Below are positions 53,559 through 63,826 of a stretch of 64,000 nt of DNA, piece by piece (the stretch's first letter is position 1; each line of letters opens with the position of its first letter). The stretch is from assembly GCA_965213765.1 (NCBI GenBank), contig OZ243926.1:3309422-3373421 (forward strand). The letters are read 5' to 3'. Origin of the DNA: Rhodospirillales bacterium. Lineage in GTDB: Bacteria; Pseudomonadota; Alphaproteobacteria; Rhodospirillales; UBA2165. The translations under genes and the position numbers were made by a program. Under the pieces are notes generated by a model, which saw only the letters and a program-made list of their open reading frames with translations, did no database searches and was not told the origin of the DNA.

Positions 53559-53933
53559 TTACTCTTCCTCTCCGCCGTCCGGATCAGCCCCGTTTTGTTT
53601 TGGGCGCTGGTCCCGGTATCCGACGGTCCCTCCCAGTTTGTTGGCCACCCGGAAGACATTCATCATCCCGGCGCCTGCGCCCAGGATAATGAAGGCGATC
53701 AGGAACCAGGGCTTGGTCTCGAGCCAAGCGTCCAACAGCAATCCGATACCGACCGCCACCGCCACCGCCGCCACCAGTTCCGTCCCGATCCTGGCCGCCA
53801 GCGCGATGCCGGCGCCCATTTCCTGCGAGCGTTGGTGGCGGGGGGTGTCGTCCTCGCCATCAAGCCGCTTGCGTGCCTCCCTGAGACGGGAATCCAAATC
53901 CTCGTTCGGAGGTTGCGGCGTGTCCTCGGTCAT
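53559..53933 (-). CDS. atpI: ATP synthase accessory protein AtpI/AtpZ
   Basis: ELVAAV..GIG..LD.W..TKPW, two TM helices; first gene of the operon. Confidence 0.88.
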   Translation of the reverse strand: MTEDTPQPPNEDLDSRLREARKRLDGEDDTPRHQRSQEMGAGIALAARIGTELVAAVAVAVGIGLLLDAWLETKPWFLIAFIILGAGAGMMNVFRVANKLGGTVGYRDQRPKQNGADPDGGEEE

Positions 53934-54027
53934 TTCGGGGAGCCCGCGGGTCGCGGACGGATGATGATCGGCTCAAACCCCCTTGTGGGTGTCGTGGTGA
54001 GTGACGCGGGGCATCGAATTCGGGCGG

Positions 54028-54056
54028 ACATTATCCATCGTGCCCGGACCTGTCAA
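54028..54056 (-). promoter_or_regulatory. Sigma70-type promoter of the atp F0 operon
   Basis: TTGACA-N17-TAATGT on the minus strand. Confidence 0.65.
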
Positions 54057-54191
54057 GGAACAATGGGAAGGTGCCAAACTATTGAAATATATGGATTATT
54101 TGGAATCTTGGCGGTCCCGAAACTTAGGCCGTCCGCCCCTTGTTCCTTTATGCGGTCGCCCGCCCAATTCATTTATCGCGGACCGCGAATG

Positions 54192-57100
54192 TCACGCGGT
54201 CGCGCGAAGGGCCATCGCCTGGCCGAGGTCGACGGATACCAGTTGTGAAACGCCCTGTTCGCCCATGGTGACGCCGAACAGCCGGTCCACCCGGGCCATG
54301 GTCATCCGGTGGTGGGTGATCACAAGGAAGCGGGTCGAAAGGGAATGCGCGATCTCTTCAACCAGGGAGCAGAACCTATCGACGTTGTTGTCGTCCAGGG
54401 GCGCGTCGACCTCGTCCAGGACGCAGATCGGCGCCGGGTTGGTGAGGAAGACGGCGAATAACAGCGCCAGCGCGGTCAGGGCCTGCTCGCCGCCGGACAG
54501 CAGCGACAGCACCTGGAGCCGCTTGCCGGGCGGGCTCGCCATGATCTCGATCCCCGCTTCCAGCGGATCGTCCGAATCGACCAAAGTCAGGTGCGCCCGG
54601 CCGCCGGCGAACAGGCGGGTGAACAGTTCCTGGAAGTGCTTGTCGACCTCCTCGTACGAGGCCAGCAGCCGCTGGCGGCCTTCCCGGTTCAGTTCGTTGA
54701 TGCCGCGGCGCAGTTTATCGATGGCCTTCAACAGGTCTTCACGCTCGGTGAGCATGGAATTCATCTGCTCTTCGAGTTCCCGGGCCTCCACTTCGGCGCG
54801 AAGATTGACCGGGCCCATATTGTCCCGCTCCCGGAGCAGGCGTTCGACCCTCTTCTCGGCTGCATCGGGCTCGGGGAGTTCCTGGTCTTCCTTGAGTCCG
54901 GCAAGTTCGAAGAGCGCCTCGGGGCCGGCATCCAGCCGGTCGCGGATGCGCTCGGTCAACGCCGATGCGGCCTGCTTCGCCTGCTCGACGGCGGCTTCGG
55001 CCCGCACCCGGCCTTCCCGCATCCCGGCCAGTTCGTGTTCGGCTTCGCGGAGCGCCCGGTCAGCCTCGGCCAGTTTGGTTTCCATCCCGGAGAGTTCGTC
55101 GGCCGCCGCCCTGCGGCCCGATTCGGCCTCACCGATCTGATCGAGGAGGGCATTCCGTTGCTCACCAATCTCGCTGGGCCGGTTCTTCAGCGCCTCCAAT
55201 GCGGTCTCGAGTTCCGCCCGGCGTTCGGTCAGCTGGGTGATCCGTTCTTCGGCGCCGGTCTTGCGATCGGTCCAGGATTCGATCTCGGAGGTGATCTCTT
55301 CAAGACGCCGGCGGCGCTCCTCGGCCCGGTTTTTGAGCGAATCGTAGGCCGCCTGGCTTTCGACGAATTCCGCGCGGCGCGCGGAGACCTCTTCTCGGAG
55401 TTCGCCGATCCGGGCGCGAACGGCGTCCAGATCGGCAATTCCATCGCGCGCGTCGCGTGCTTCGGTCAGCTGCCGTTCGGTGTCGTGCAGGTCTTGATCC
55501 AGGCGCTCGCCCGCTTCCCGTTGGGCGTCGAGGCGCGAATTACTTTCGGCCATTTTTTGGCGTAGCGCAGTCTGGTCTTGGCGCAGGGTCTCGACTTCCG
55601 TTTCCGCCTCGCGGACCGATTCCCGGGAGTTTGCTTCCCGATCGCTTGCCGCCTTGAGGCCGTCGCGGGCCGTCTCCAGCAATTCCGCCGATTGGCGGGC
55701 GGCGATCCCGGCGGCCCGGAGGGAAACACGGATTTCACCGAGGCGATTGCGCTGTTCGAGGCGGATGGCCGCGGTGCTCGGCGCATCGGCCGCTGCGGTG
55801 TAACCGTCCCAGCGCCAGAACGCGCCGTCCCGGCTGACCAGCCGCTGGCCCTGCTTCAACTCCGACAGCAGGCGCCGCCCGTCTTCCGTCGAATTCACCA
55901 CGCCGATCTGAGACAGACGGCGCAGAAGCACCTCCGGCCCCCGCACGAATTCGCTCAGGGGTTGGGCATCCGCCGGCAGGGAGGGTGCGTTGCCGGGGGC
56001 CGGCAGCCGGCGCCAGTGTACCGGAGCCGCTTCGTCCGTAGCGGCGCTGAGGTCTTCGCCGAGAGCGATGCCGAGGGCCGCTTCGAGGCCCTGCTCGACG
56101 CTCACCGAATCGATCATCGGCGGCCACAGATCGGGATCGCCGGTCTCAAGAATTTCCGCTAAGGCCTCTTCTTCGGCCTTCAACTTGGCTTCCGCGGTCG
56201 CGGCGGTCTGGGCCGTTTCCTGGGCCGCCGACAACCGGTTCTGCGCGTCGAGCCGGGTTGACTCCGAGGTTTGCGCCGCTGCGCGGGCCTGGGCCAGGGC
56301 CTCGGCGGCTTCGGCCGCCTCCCGGTCCGCCTGGGTGAGCGCCTCCCGGTCGCCCGCAACCGCTTCCAGGCGGGCGATTTCCCGTGTCAGGTTCTCTCTG
56401 CTGTCCTTGAGCCGCGTGATCCGCGCCCCGGCGTCGCCGATGCGGCGTTCGAGATCGGCTTTGCGGGCTTCGTCATGAGCCAGCGTATTGGTCTGCTCGG
56501 CGAGCTGGGCCTCGCCCGCCTCATAGGTCTTCCGGGCTTCGGCCAGCTTTCCGGCGGCTTCCTCCAACGCACCGTCTTCACCGCCGCCGCCGGCGGTCAG
56601 ACGCTCATTTTCTTCGCCGAGGCGAGTGATGGCGTTCTCCGCATCGGCCGCGAGGGTCCGTTCGCGCTCGCTGTCCCTGTCGGTCTGCTCGAGCCGCGAT
56701 TCCAGCGAGGACTGCTGGTCGGCGAGGCGCTGTTCCTCCTGTTCCAAGGACTCACGGGCCAGGGTCAGGCGCTGCAACTTGGCGGCGGCCTCCGCCTCGT
56801 TATTGCGGAGTTCCGGCAGCTTGGCGGCAATCCCGGCCTGCTCGGCCGATGCCCGGCCGGCGCCGCCGGTCATGGATGTGACGGCGGTCTCCGCCTGGTT
56901 CAGCTGTTCCCGGGCCGCCGCGAGTTCGGCCTCGATGGCGGTCCAGCGGATGTGGAACAGGGTGGCCTCGGCCTTGCGGATATGACCGCTCAGGTTCCTG
57001 TAGCGGGTCGCCTGACGAACCTGCTTCTTGAGGCCGGCCATCTGGGCTTCCAGAGTGATCATGATGTCGTCGAGGCGTTCGAGATTGGTTTCGGCGCCGC

Positions 57101-57653
57101 GCAGGCGTAGTTCGGCCTCGTGGCGCCGGGAGTGCAGTCCGGTGATCCCGGCCGCCTCCTCGAGCAGTTTGCGGCGGTCTGCCGGCTTGGCGGACACCAC
57201 CGCGCCGACCCGGCCTTGGCTCACCAGCGCCGTCGAGCGCGCGCCCGAGGCGGCGTCGGCGAACAGCAGCTGAACGTCCTTGGCCCGCACTTCCCTGGCG
57301 TTGACCTTGTAGGTCGAGCCCTTTTCTCGCTCGATCCGGCGGCTGACCTCCAGATCATCATTGTCGTTGAAGATCGAGGGTGCGCCGCGGTCGGTATTGT
57401 CCATGTGCAGCGCCACTTCGGCGATGTTGCGGGACGGCCGGTCGGCGGTGCCGGAGAAGATGACATCGTCCATCTCCGAGCCCCGCATCTGCTTGGCCGA
57501 GGTCTCGCCCATAACCCATTTCAGGGCTTCGACGAGGTTCGACTTGCCGCAGCCATTGGGGCCGACGACACCGGTCAGGCCGGACGCGATCTCCAACTCC
57601 GTCGGATCGACGAAGGACTTGAATCCCGCGAGACGGAGCTTAGTGAACTGCAC
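54192..57653 (-). CDS. smc: Chromosome segregation protein SMC
   Basis: GFKSF, GPNGCGKSN, coiled coils with hinge, LSGGE, LDEVDAPLD; GTG 57653 preferred. Confidence 0.98.
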   Translation of the reverse strand: MQFTKLRLAGFKSFVDPTELEIASGLTGVVGPNGCGKSNLVEALKWVMGETSAKQMRGSEMDDVIFSGTADRPSRNIAEVALHMDNTDRGAPSIFNDNDDLEVSRRIEREKGSTYKVNAREVRAKDVQLLFADAASGARSTALVSQGRVGAVVSAKPADRRKLLEEAAGITGLHSRRHEAELRLRGAETNLERLDDIMITLEAQMAGLKKQVRQATRYRNLSGHIRKAEATLFHIRWTAIEAELAAAREQLNQAETAVTSMTGGAGRASAEQAGIAAKLPELRNNEAEAAAKLQRLTLARESLEQEEQRLADQQSSLESRLEQTDRDSERERTLAADAENAITRLGEENERLTAGGGGEDGALEEAAGKLAEARKTYEAGEAQLAEQTNTLAHDEARKADLERRIGDAGARITRLKDSRENLTREIARLEAVAGDREALTQADREAAEAAEALAQARAAAQTSESTRLDAQNRLSAAQETAQTAATAEAKLKAEEEALAEILETGDPDLWPPMIDSVSVEQGLEAALGIALGEDLSAATDEAAPVHWRRLPAPGNAPSLPADAQPLSEFVRGPEVLLRRLSQIGVVNSTEDGRRLLSELKQGQRLVSRDGAFWRWDGYTAAADAPSTAAIRLEQRNRLGEIRVSLRAAGIAARQSAELLETARDGLKAASDREANSRESVREAETEVETLRQDQTALRQKMAESNSRLDAQREAGERLDQDLHDTERQLTEARDARDGIADLDAVRARIGELREEVSARRAEFVESQAAYDSLKNRAEERRRRLEEITSEIESWTDRKTGAEERITQLTERRAELETALEALKNRPSEIGEQRNALLDQIGEAESGRRAAADELSGMETKLAEADRALREAEHELAGMREGRVRAEAAVEQAKQAASALTERIRDRLDAGPEALFELAGLKEDQELPEPDAAEKRVERLLRERDNMGPVNLRAEVEARELEEQMNSMLTEREDLLKAIDKLRRGINELNREGRQRLLASYEEVDKHFQELFTRLFAGGRAHLTLVDSDDPLEAGIEIMASPPGKRLQVLSLLSGGEQALTALALLFAVFLTNPAPICVLDEVDAPLDDNNVDRFCSLVEEIAHSLSTRFLVITHHRMTMARVDRLFGVTMGEQGVSQLVSVDLGQAMALRATA

Positions 57654-57695
57654 GGCGCGACCCACTCCCTAAACCGCGACGAACCGAAACGGCGA

Positions 57696-58310
57696 TCAGT
57701 TGCCGGCCGCCGCCCGGTCCAAAATGGGACGCAACACGTCCATCGTCACATTGCCGTTTACCGGCTGGCCGTTGACGATGATTGTCGGCGTTGCGCTGAT
57801 GTTGAACTTCGCTTGTCCCTGGCGGCCCGACTCGACGATCCCCTGGAAGATTTCCCGGTTCTGCAGGCAGGCTTCGACGGTCTTCGGTGTGATGCCCGCC
57901 AGCCGGCCGATCTTGGTCAGCTCGGTAATCGGATCCCGGGATTGTCCCCACTGGCCTTGCGTCTTGTAAAACAGATCGACCACCGCGAAGAAACGGTTCC
58001 GGGGACCGCAGCGGGCAATCATTGAGACCGCCACGTCCAGCTGGTTGCGCGGGAATTCCCGGTAGATGAATTTCACCTTCCCGGTTTCCACGTACTCTTT
58101 CTTCAATGTCGGCAGAACGTCGGCGTGAAACGACGCGCAGTGCGAACAGGTCTTCGATGCGTACTCGATGAGCGTCACCGGGGCGTCCAGCTTGCCCAAA
58201 ATCCGGTCGGACAGGATTTGGGATGCGGGCGGTAAATCCTGGGCGTGCAGCGGTGAAACCACCGCCAGAAACCCCAGGAGCAGCCCTATACCTAGTGCTC
58301 GTCGAGCCAA
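57696..58310 (-). CDS. DsbA-family thiol-disulfide oxidoreductase
   Basis: Signal peptide, EYASKTCSHC, REFP, ATPT. Confidence 0.9.
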   Translation of the reverse strand: MARRALGIGLLLGFLAVVSPLHAQDLPPASQILSDRILGKLDAPVTLIEYASKTCSHCASFHADVLPTLKKEYVETGKVKFIYREFPRNQLDVAVSMIARCGPRNRFFAVVDLFYKTQGQWGQSRDPITELTKIGRLAGITPKTVEACLQNREIFQGIVESGRQGQAKFNISATPTIIVNGQPVNGNVTMDVLRPILDRAAAGN

Positions 58311-58510
58311 ATTTGCCTCCTCGGCACAACATGTTGAAGACTATAGATTGGGTTCGGTCTCCCGACAAGCGCCGAGAATCCGCAGTACTCCGGCGATTTT
58401 GGACTATCCGGCGAGACTTCCCAAGGCCGTTTCGTCCTTTTCACGGTGATTTGTGTAGCAGCCGATTGGGGCTGAAAGATGGCGGATGGGTGACCGGGGA
58501 CAGGACCAAA

Positions 58511-58993
58511 TCACCCTTTATCGGTGAGAATGACGCCGCCGAGCGCCTCCAGCGCCGCCTTCAGATCGGGGTCGTCGATAACCGACAACCTTTTGGAAAG
58601 ATTGGATTTTTCATCCTCGGTGAGTGCTCGCCTGGATTGTTCCGGCTTTTCCTCGGCACGGCCGATGGGACCGTTCACCAGTCTGAGGCGGGCCACGGCC
58701 TTGTAACCGAAGAAGGTGTTGATTCGCTCAATCAGTTGCGGCTCCAGGTGTATCAACTCGGTGGCCAGGGAGGCGCTATCGACCCGGAGATGAAGGGTGC
58801 CGTCGACACGCTTCGGCCCGTCATGGGAGATGCGGTCCGGCTGGGTGTGGCGGGCCAGGTGCTCACCGACGATGGCCGTCCAGTCGGTGACCACGCCGGC
58901 GCCCGCGAATCCACGGCGGCCGAAGATGGGTTTGGTCAGCTTCTCCACCGATTGGCCGACGGCGCGGACGCCGCCATATCGTTTGATGGCCAT
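58511..58993 (-). CDS. DUF721/DciA-family protein
   Basis: W..IVG, GTL.L, ERIN.FFGY.AV; conserved position between mutY and dsbA. Confidence 0.85.
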   Translation of the reverse strand: MAIKRYGGVRAVGQSVEKLTKPIFGRRGFAGAGVVTDWTAIVGEHLARHTQPDRISHDGPKRVDGTLHLRVDSASLATELIHLEPQLIERINTFFGYKAVARLRLVNGPIGRAEEKPEQSRRALTEDEKSNLSKRLSVIDDPDLKAALEALGGVILTDKG

Positions 58994-59073
58994 GAGAAAT
59001 GGGCCGCCTTTTTTGAGATTGCGGAAGCGCGTAGGGTAGGGACGAATCAGTGGTCCGGCAACCGGCTCAATCG

Positions 59074-60111
59074 ATGACAAAGCCATCGACCAAATTGCTC
59101 AAATGGTATGACCGTCACCGGCGCGTTTTGCCATGGCGGGCCGCCCCCGGCGATTGCGCCGACCCGTACCATGTGTGGCTCTCGGAGATCATGCTTCAGC
59201 AGACCACGGTGGCGACGGTGGGCCGGTACTTCGCCGCGTTTTTGGAGAAGTGGCCGACGGTGAGCGATCTGGCGGCGGCGAAACTGGATGAGGTCCTCCA
59301 TGCATGGCAGGGGCTCGGCTACTACGCTCGCGCCCGCAATCTTCACAAATGCGCCCAGGTGGTGGCAGGCGAATTGAACGGAGCGTTCCCCGATACCGAA
59401 GCCCAATTGTTGAAACTGCCGGGCGTCGGGCCCTACACGGCGGGGGCAATCGCGGCCATCGCTTTCGACCGGCCGACCTCGCCGGTCGACGGCAATATCG
59501 AACGGGTGGTGGCGCGCCTGTTCGCCGTCGACGAGGAACTGCCGGCGGCCAAATCCCGAATTAGGGAGCTTGCCGAGGGACTGACACCGAAGAAGCGCCC
59601 GGGCGACTATGTGCAGGCCGCCATGGATCTGGGGGCCGCCATCTGCACGCCGAAGAAGCCCGCTTGTGCCATTTGTCCCTTGAGCGCCGACTGCGCCGCC
59701 TTCGCGGCGGGTGAGCCGGAGACCTATCCGCGTAAGCCGCCTAAGGCGGAACGGCCGACCCGGCGGGGATACGCCTATTGGATCAGCGACGGCAACGGCT
59801 CGATCCTGCTTCGCCGCCGGGCAGAGGAGGGCCTGCTGGGCGGTATGATGGAGGTGCCGTCGTCCATTTGGGAAGAGGGGGATTGGCAATCCGATAAAGC
59901 ATTGGCCGCGGCGCCGCTCAAGGCACCCCGGGAGCTGCCGGGTATGGTGCGTCACACCTTCACCCACTTCCATCTGGAGCTTCGGGTACTCTCCGGACGT
60001 TCGAAGGGGAAGCCGGATGGCGTGTGGTGCCCCGTCGACCGGTTCGGCGACCATGCCCTGCCGACGGTGATGAAAAAAGTTGTCCGCCATGCGCTCGATC
60101 ATACCGGATAG
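59074..60111 (+). CDS. mutY: A/G-specific adenine glycosylase
   Basis: WLSEIMLQQT, GLGYYARARN, LPGVGPYT, VDGN, four-Cys Fe-S motif, HTFTHF. Confidence 0.97.
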   Translation: MTKPSTKLLKWYDRHRRVLPWRAAPGDCADPYHVWLSEIMLQQTTVATVGRYFAAFLEKWPTVSDLAAAKLDEVLHAWQGLGYYARARNLHKCAQVVAGELNGAFPDTEAQLLKLPGVGPYTAGAIAAIAFDRPTSPVDGNIERVVARLFAVDEELPAAKSRIRELAEGLTPKKRPGDYVQAAMDLGAAICTPKKPACAICPLSADCAAFAAGEPETYPRKPPKAERPTRRGYAYWISDGNGSILLRRRAEEGLLGGMMEVPSSIWEEGDWQSDKALAAAPLKAPRELPGMVRHTFTHFHLELRVLSGRSKGKPDGVWCPVDRFGDHALPTVMKKVVRHALDHTG

Positions 60112-60143
60112 GGGCATTTTTACATTCTCGGCTTGTTAAATGT

Positions 60144-60171
60144 TTGACCGGTCGGGACCGCTCACTACACT
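60144..60171 (+). promoter_or_regulatory. Candidate sigma70 promoter of the soe operon
   Basis: TTGACC-N16-TACACT with GACCGGTC palindrome over the -35. Confidence 0.45.
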
Positions 60172-60213
60172 TCTCACCGACAACAAGAATCCCTTCCTTC
60201 CTGCCGAGGATAT

Positions 60214-63084
60214 ATGACCAAATCTCCCTTGAGCGGCGATCGCCCCATCGACCTTTCTCCTTCCCCGGGGGATCGGGTGGAGACCACGACCTGCTACATG
60301 TGCGCCTGCCGCTGCGGGATCAAAGTTCACCTGACCGACGGCACCATCCGCTACATCGAGGGCAACCGGGATCATCCGGTGAACAAGGGAGTGCTCTGCG
60401 CCAAGGGATCCGCGGGCATCATGCAGCACAACTCTCCGGCGCGGTTGACCAAGCCGCTGAGACGGGTCGGCGAACGGGGCGCCGGCGAGTTTCGGGAAAT
60501 CGAGTGGAGTGAGGCCCTCGATATCGCGACCTCTTGGTTGGCGCGGGTCAGGGCGACCGATCCCAAGCGGCTTGCGTTTTTCACCGGCCGGGACCAGAGC
60601 CAGGCGCTGACCAGCTGGTGGTCCCAGCAATTCGGCACTCCCAACTACGCCGCCCATGGCGGGTTCTGTTCGGTCAACATGGCGGCGGCGGGAATCTACA
60701 CCTTCGGCAGCGCGTTCTGGGAGTTCTCCGAGCCCGACTGGGAGCGGACGAAATACCTGTTGATGTTCGGTGTCGCCGAGGATCACGCCAGCAATCCCAT
60801 CAAGATTGGGCTGAGCCATCTGAAAGGACGCGGCGCCAAATTCGTCTCGGTGAATCCCATCCGCACCGGTTATTCGGCAGTGGCCGACGAATGGCTGGGG
60901 ATTACGCCCGGCACCGACGGCCTGTTCGTGATGGCGCTGATCCATGAGCTGCTGCGGGCCGGCAAGGTCGATGCCGGGTATCTTGTCCGCTACACCAACG
61001 CGCCCTATCTGGTGATCGATGCGGCGGGTGAGGCCGACGACGGTCTATTCGCCCGGGACGAGGAGGGCCGGGAACTGGTCTGGGACCGGAAAACCAACGC
61101 GCCGCGCCCGTTCACCGATCCTGATGTGGAACCCGCTCTGCGGGGCGAGGTGGAACTCTCGGATGGGCGCCGGGCCAAGCCGGTGTTTCATCTCCTTGCC
61201 GAACGCTATCTGCGTCTGGACTACAGCCCGGCCGTTGTCGCCTACCAGACCGGTATTGCCGAAGACGTCATCAAGCGGATCGCCGCCGAACTGGCCGAGG
61301 CCGCCTTCGAGCAGGACTTGGTTATCGATCAGCCCTGGACCGACTGGCGGGGCGTTCGCCACGAGAAGATGATCGGGCGGCCGGTCAGCATGTACGGGAT
61401 GCGGGGCATCTCCGCCCATTCCAACGGATTTCAAACCTGCCGCGCCATCCACCTGTTGCAAATCCTGTTGGGCAGCATCGATGCGCCGGGTGGCCTGCGC
61501 TACAAGCCGCCCTATCCGAAGGGGTTCGATTCACTGCCTCGGCCCACCGGCCGTCCCGGGGACGTCAATCCCAACTTGCCGCTTCCGGGACCGCATCTGG
61601 GCTTTCCCCAGGGGCCCGAGGACCTGTTGGTGGACGAAGACGGCACGGCCATGCGGATCGACAAGGCGTTCTCGTGGGAGGCGCCGCTGTCGGCGCACGG
61701 GCTGATGCACATGGTTATCGGCAACGCCTGGCGGGGCGATCCGTACCCCATCGACGTGCTGTTCATGTACATGGCCAACATGGCGTGGAACTCGTCCATG
61801 AACACCCCGAGAACCATGGAGATGCTCACCGACAAGGACGCGGCGGGCGGCGGGTACAAAATCCCCTACATCATCTACTCGGACGCCTACTACTCGGAGA
61901 CCGTGGCCTACGCGGACCTGGTCCTCCCGGACACCACTTACCTCGAACGCTGGGACTGTATCTCGCTTCTCGATCGGCCGATCAGCGACGCTGATGGAGC
62001 ATGCGACGCCATCCGCCGCCCGGTGGTCGAGCCCGACCGGGACGTGCGGCCGTTCCAGGACGTGCTCATCGACTTGGGCGCCCGGCTCGGTTTACCGGGG
62101 TTCATCAAGGAATTGGGCCGCCCCGCCTATCCGGGCGGCTATTCTGACTACATCACCAACCATGAACGCCAACCAGGGGTCGGTCCGCTGGCCGGTTGGC
62201 GGGGCGAGGATGGCTCGGAGACCGGGAAGGGCGCGCCCAACCCGGGCCAACTGGATAAATATATAGAGAACGGCTGTTTCTGGCGGGAGGAGCTTGCCGA
62301 CGAGTACAAGTTCTTCCGCAACATCAACCACGGCTATCTCGCCCATGCCCAGGAAAACGGCTACGTGAAAACCACCGATCCGGTGATCAGCCAGCTCTAC
62401 AGCGAGCCGTTGCAGAAGTTCCGGCTCGCCGCCCGCGGCCACGGGGACAACGTCCCGCCCGAGAGCGAGCGGAACCGTATCGAGACCTACTTTGATCCGC
62501 TGCCGTTCTGGTATCAGCCGCTGGACGAGGCGGCGGCCGACCCGGAGACTTATACCCTTCACGCGGTCACCCAGCGTCCCATGGCCATGTACCATTCCTG
62601 GGGCACCCAGAATGCCTGGCTTCGGCAAATTCATGGATCCAATCGGCTCTATGTCCCCGAACCCGTCGCAAAACAGGCGGGCCTCGAAGACGACGACTGG
62701 GTGTGGGCCGAGAGCCGGTCCGGGCGCATCAAGGTGCAGGTAAAGTTGATGGCCGGGGTCAACCCCAGGACGGTGTGGTCCTGGAACGCCATCGGCAAGC
62801 GCGCGGGCGCCTGGAACATCGACCCCGCGGCCGCCGACATCACCCAGGGGTTCCTGCTCAACCACCTGATCGACGAACTGTTGCCGGAACAGGACGGCGG
62901 CCGGCGTTACACCAATTCCGATCCCATTACAGGCCAGGCGGCATGGTACGACCTGAAAATTCGCATCGAAAAGGCGGAGGCGGAAGACGGGCGGACAGTG
63001 CCGCAGTTTGATGAGTTCTCAAAACCTGCCGGCCTCGGCAAGCGGCCCGATATTCTCCGCTATGCCGGCGGGCGACGGCCATGA
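60214..63084 (+). CDS. soeA: Molybdopterin oxidoreductase, SoeA-like sulfite dehydrogenase catalytic subunit
   Basis: TTCYMCACRCGI, FFTGRDQ, AHGGFCSVNMA, RGISAHSNGFQT, MYHSW; no Tat signal. Confidence 0.9.
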   Translation: MTKSPLSGDRPIDLSPSPGDRVETTTCYMCACRCGIKVHLTDGTIRYIEGNRDHPVNKGVLCAKGSAGIMQHNSPARLTKPLRRVGERGAGEFREIEWSEALDIATSWLARVRATDPKRLAFFTGRDQSQALTSWWSQQFGTPNYAAHGGFCSVNMAAAGIYTFGSAFWEFSEPDWERTKYLLMFGVAEDHASNPIKIGLSHLKGRGAKFVSVNPIRTGYSAVADEWLGITPGTDGLFVMALIHELLRAGKVDAGYLVRYTNAPYLVIDAAGEADDGLFARDEEGRELVWDRKTNAPRPFTDPDVEPALRGEVELSDGRRAKPVFHLLAERYLRLDYSPAVVAYQTGIAEDVIKRIAAELAEAAFEQDLVIDQPWTDWRGVRHEKMIGRPVSMYGMRGISAHSNGFQTCRAIHLLQILLGSIDAPGGLRYKPPYPKGFDSLPRPTGRPGDVNPNLPLPGPHLGFPQGPEDLLVDEDGTAMRIDKAFSWEAPLSAHGLMHMVIGNAWRGDPYPIDVLFMYMANMAWNSSMNTPRTMEMLTDKDAAGGGYKIPYIIYSDAYYSETVAYADLVLPDTTYLERWDCISLLDRPISDADGACDAIRRPVVEPDRDVRPFQDVLIDLGARLGLPGFIKELGRPAYPGGYSDYITNHERQPGVGPLAGWRGEDGSETGKGAPNPGQLDKYIENGCFWREELADEYKFFRNINHGYLAHAQENGYVKTTDPVISQLYSEPLQKFRLAARGHGDNVPPESERNRIETYFDPLPFWYQPLDEAAADPETYTLHAVTQRPMAMYHSWGTQNAWLRQIHGSNRLYVPEPVAKQAGLEDDDWVWAESRSGRIKVQVKLMAGVNPRTVWSWNAIGKRAGAWNIDPAAADITQGFLLNHLIDELLPEQDGGRRYTNSDPITGQAAWYDLKIRIEKAEAEDGRTVPQFDEFSKPAGLGKRPDILRYAGGRRP

Positions 63085-63824
63085 CCAGCCTGCCCGCGCA
63101 GCCAACGCCCAAGCGCCTTGGCCTGGTGATCGATCTCGATACCTGCGTCGGCTGTCACGCCTGCGCGGTCAACTGCAAGGAGTGGAACGCGGGCGGTTAT
63201 CACGCGCCGCTCACCGATTTCAACCCTTACGGCGCGGCGCCGGACGGGGTGTGGTTCAACCGGATTCATTCCTATGAGGCCGGTACGGGCGCCGATGCAA
63301 GGGTGGTGCATTTTCCCAAGTCCTGCCTCCACTGCGACAACGCGCCCTGCGTCACCGTCTGTCCCACGGGCGCCTCGTACAAACGGGGGTCCGACGGGAT
63401 CGTCCTGGTCGAGGAGGACAAGTGTATCGGCTGCAAGCTGTGTTCCTGGGCCTGCCCCTATGGTGCGCGGGAATTCGATACGGATGCGGGCGTGATGAAG
63501 AAGTGCACGCTGTGTATCGACCGGATTTACAACGAGAACCTGGAGGAGGTTGACCGGGTGCCGGCCTGTGTCGCCACCTGTCCCGCCTCGGCGCGCCACT
63601 TTGGCGACCTGGGCGATCCGAACTCAAGTGTTTCACGACTTGTCGCCGATCGCGGCGGTTACGATCTGATGCCGGAGATGGAGTGCGCGCCGACCAACAA
63701 GTATTTGCCGGTCCGCGAGAAGAAGACGGGAGCAGGCGCCACGCTTCCTCTCGAGGACGCCAGCCCCGAAGGCGGGTTTCTCGGCTGGGTGGACAGGTTG
63801 CTTTCGGACACCCCGGCCGTCTGA
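63081..63824 (+). CDS. soeB: 4Fe-4S electron-transfer subunit, SoeB-like
   Basis: DLDTCVGCHAC, CLHC..APC..VCP, CIGC..C..ACP, KCTLC. Confidence 0.9.
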   Translation: MTSLPAQPTPKRLGLVIDLDTCVGCHACAVNCKEWNAGGYHAPLTDFNPYGAAPDGVWFNRIHSYEAGTGADARVVHFPKSCLHCDNAPCVTVCPTGASYKRGSDGIVLVEEDKCIGCKLCSWACPYGAREFDTDAGVMKKCTLCIDRIYNENLEEVDRVPACVATCPASARHFGDLGDPNSSVSRLVADRGGYDLMPEMECAPTNKYLPVREKKTGAGATLPLEDASPEGGFLGWVDRLLSDTPAV

Positions 63825-63826
63825 TC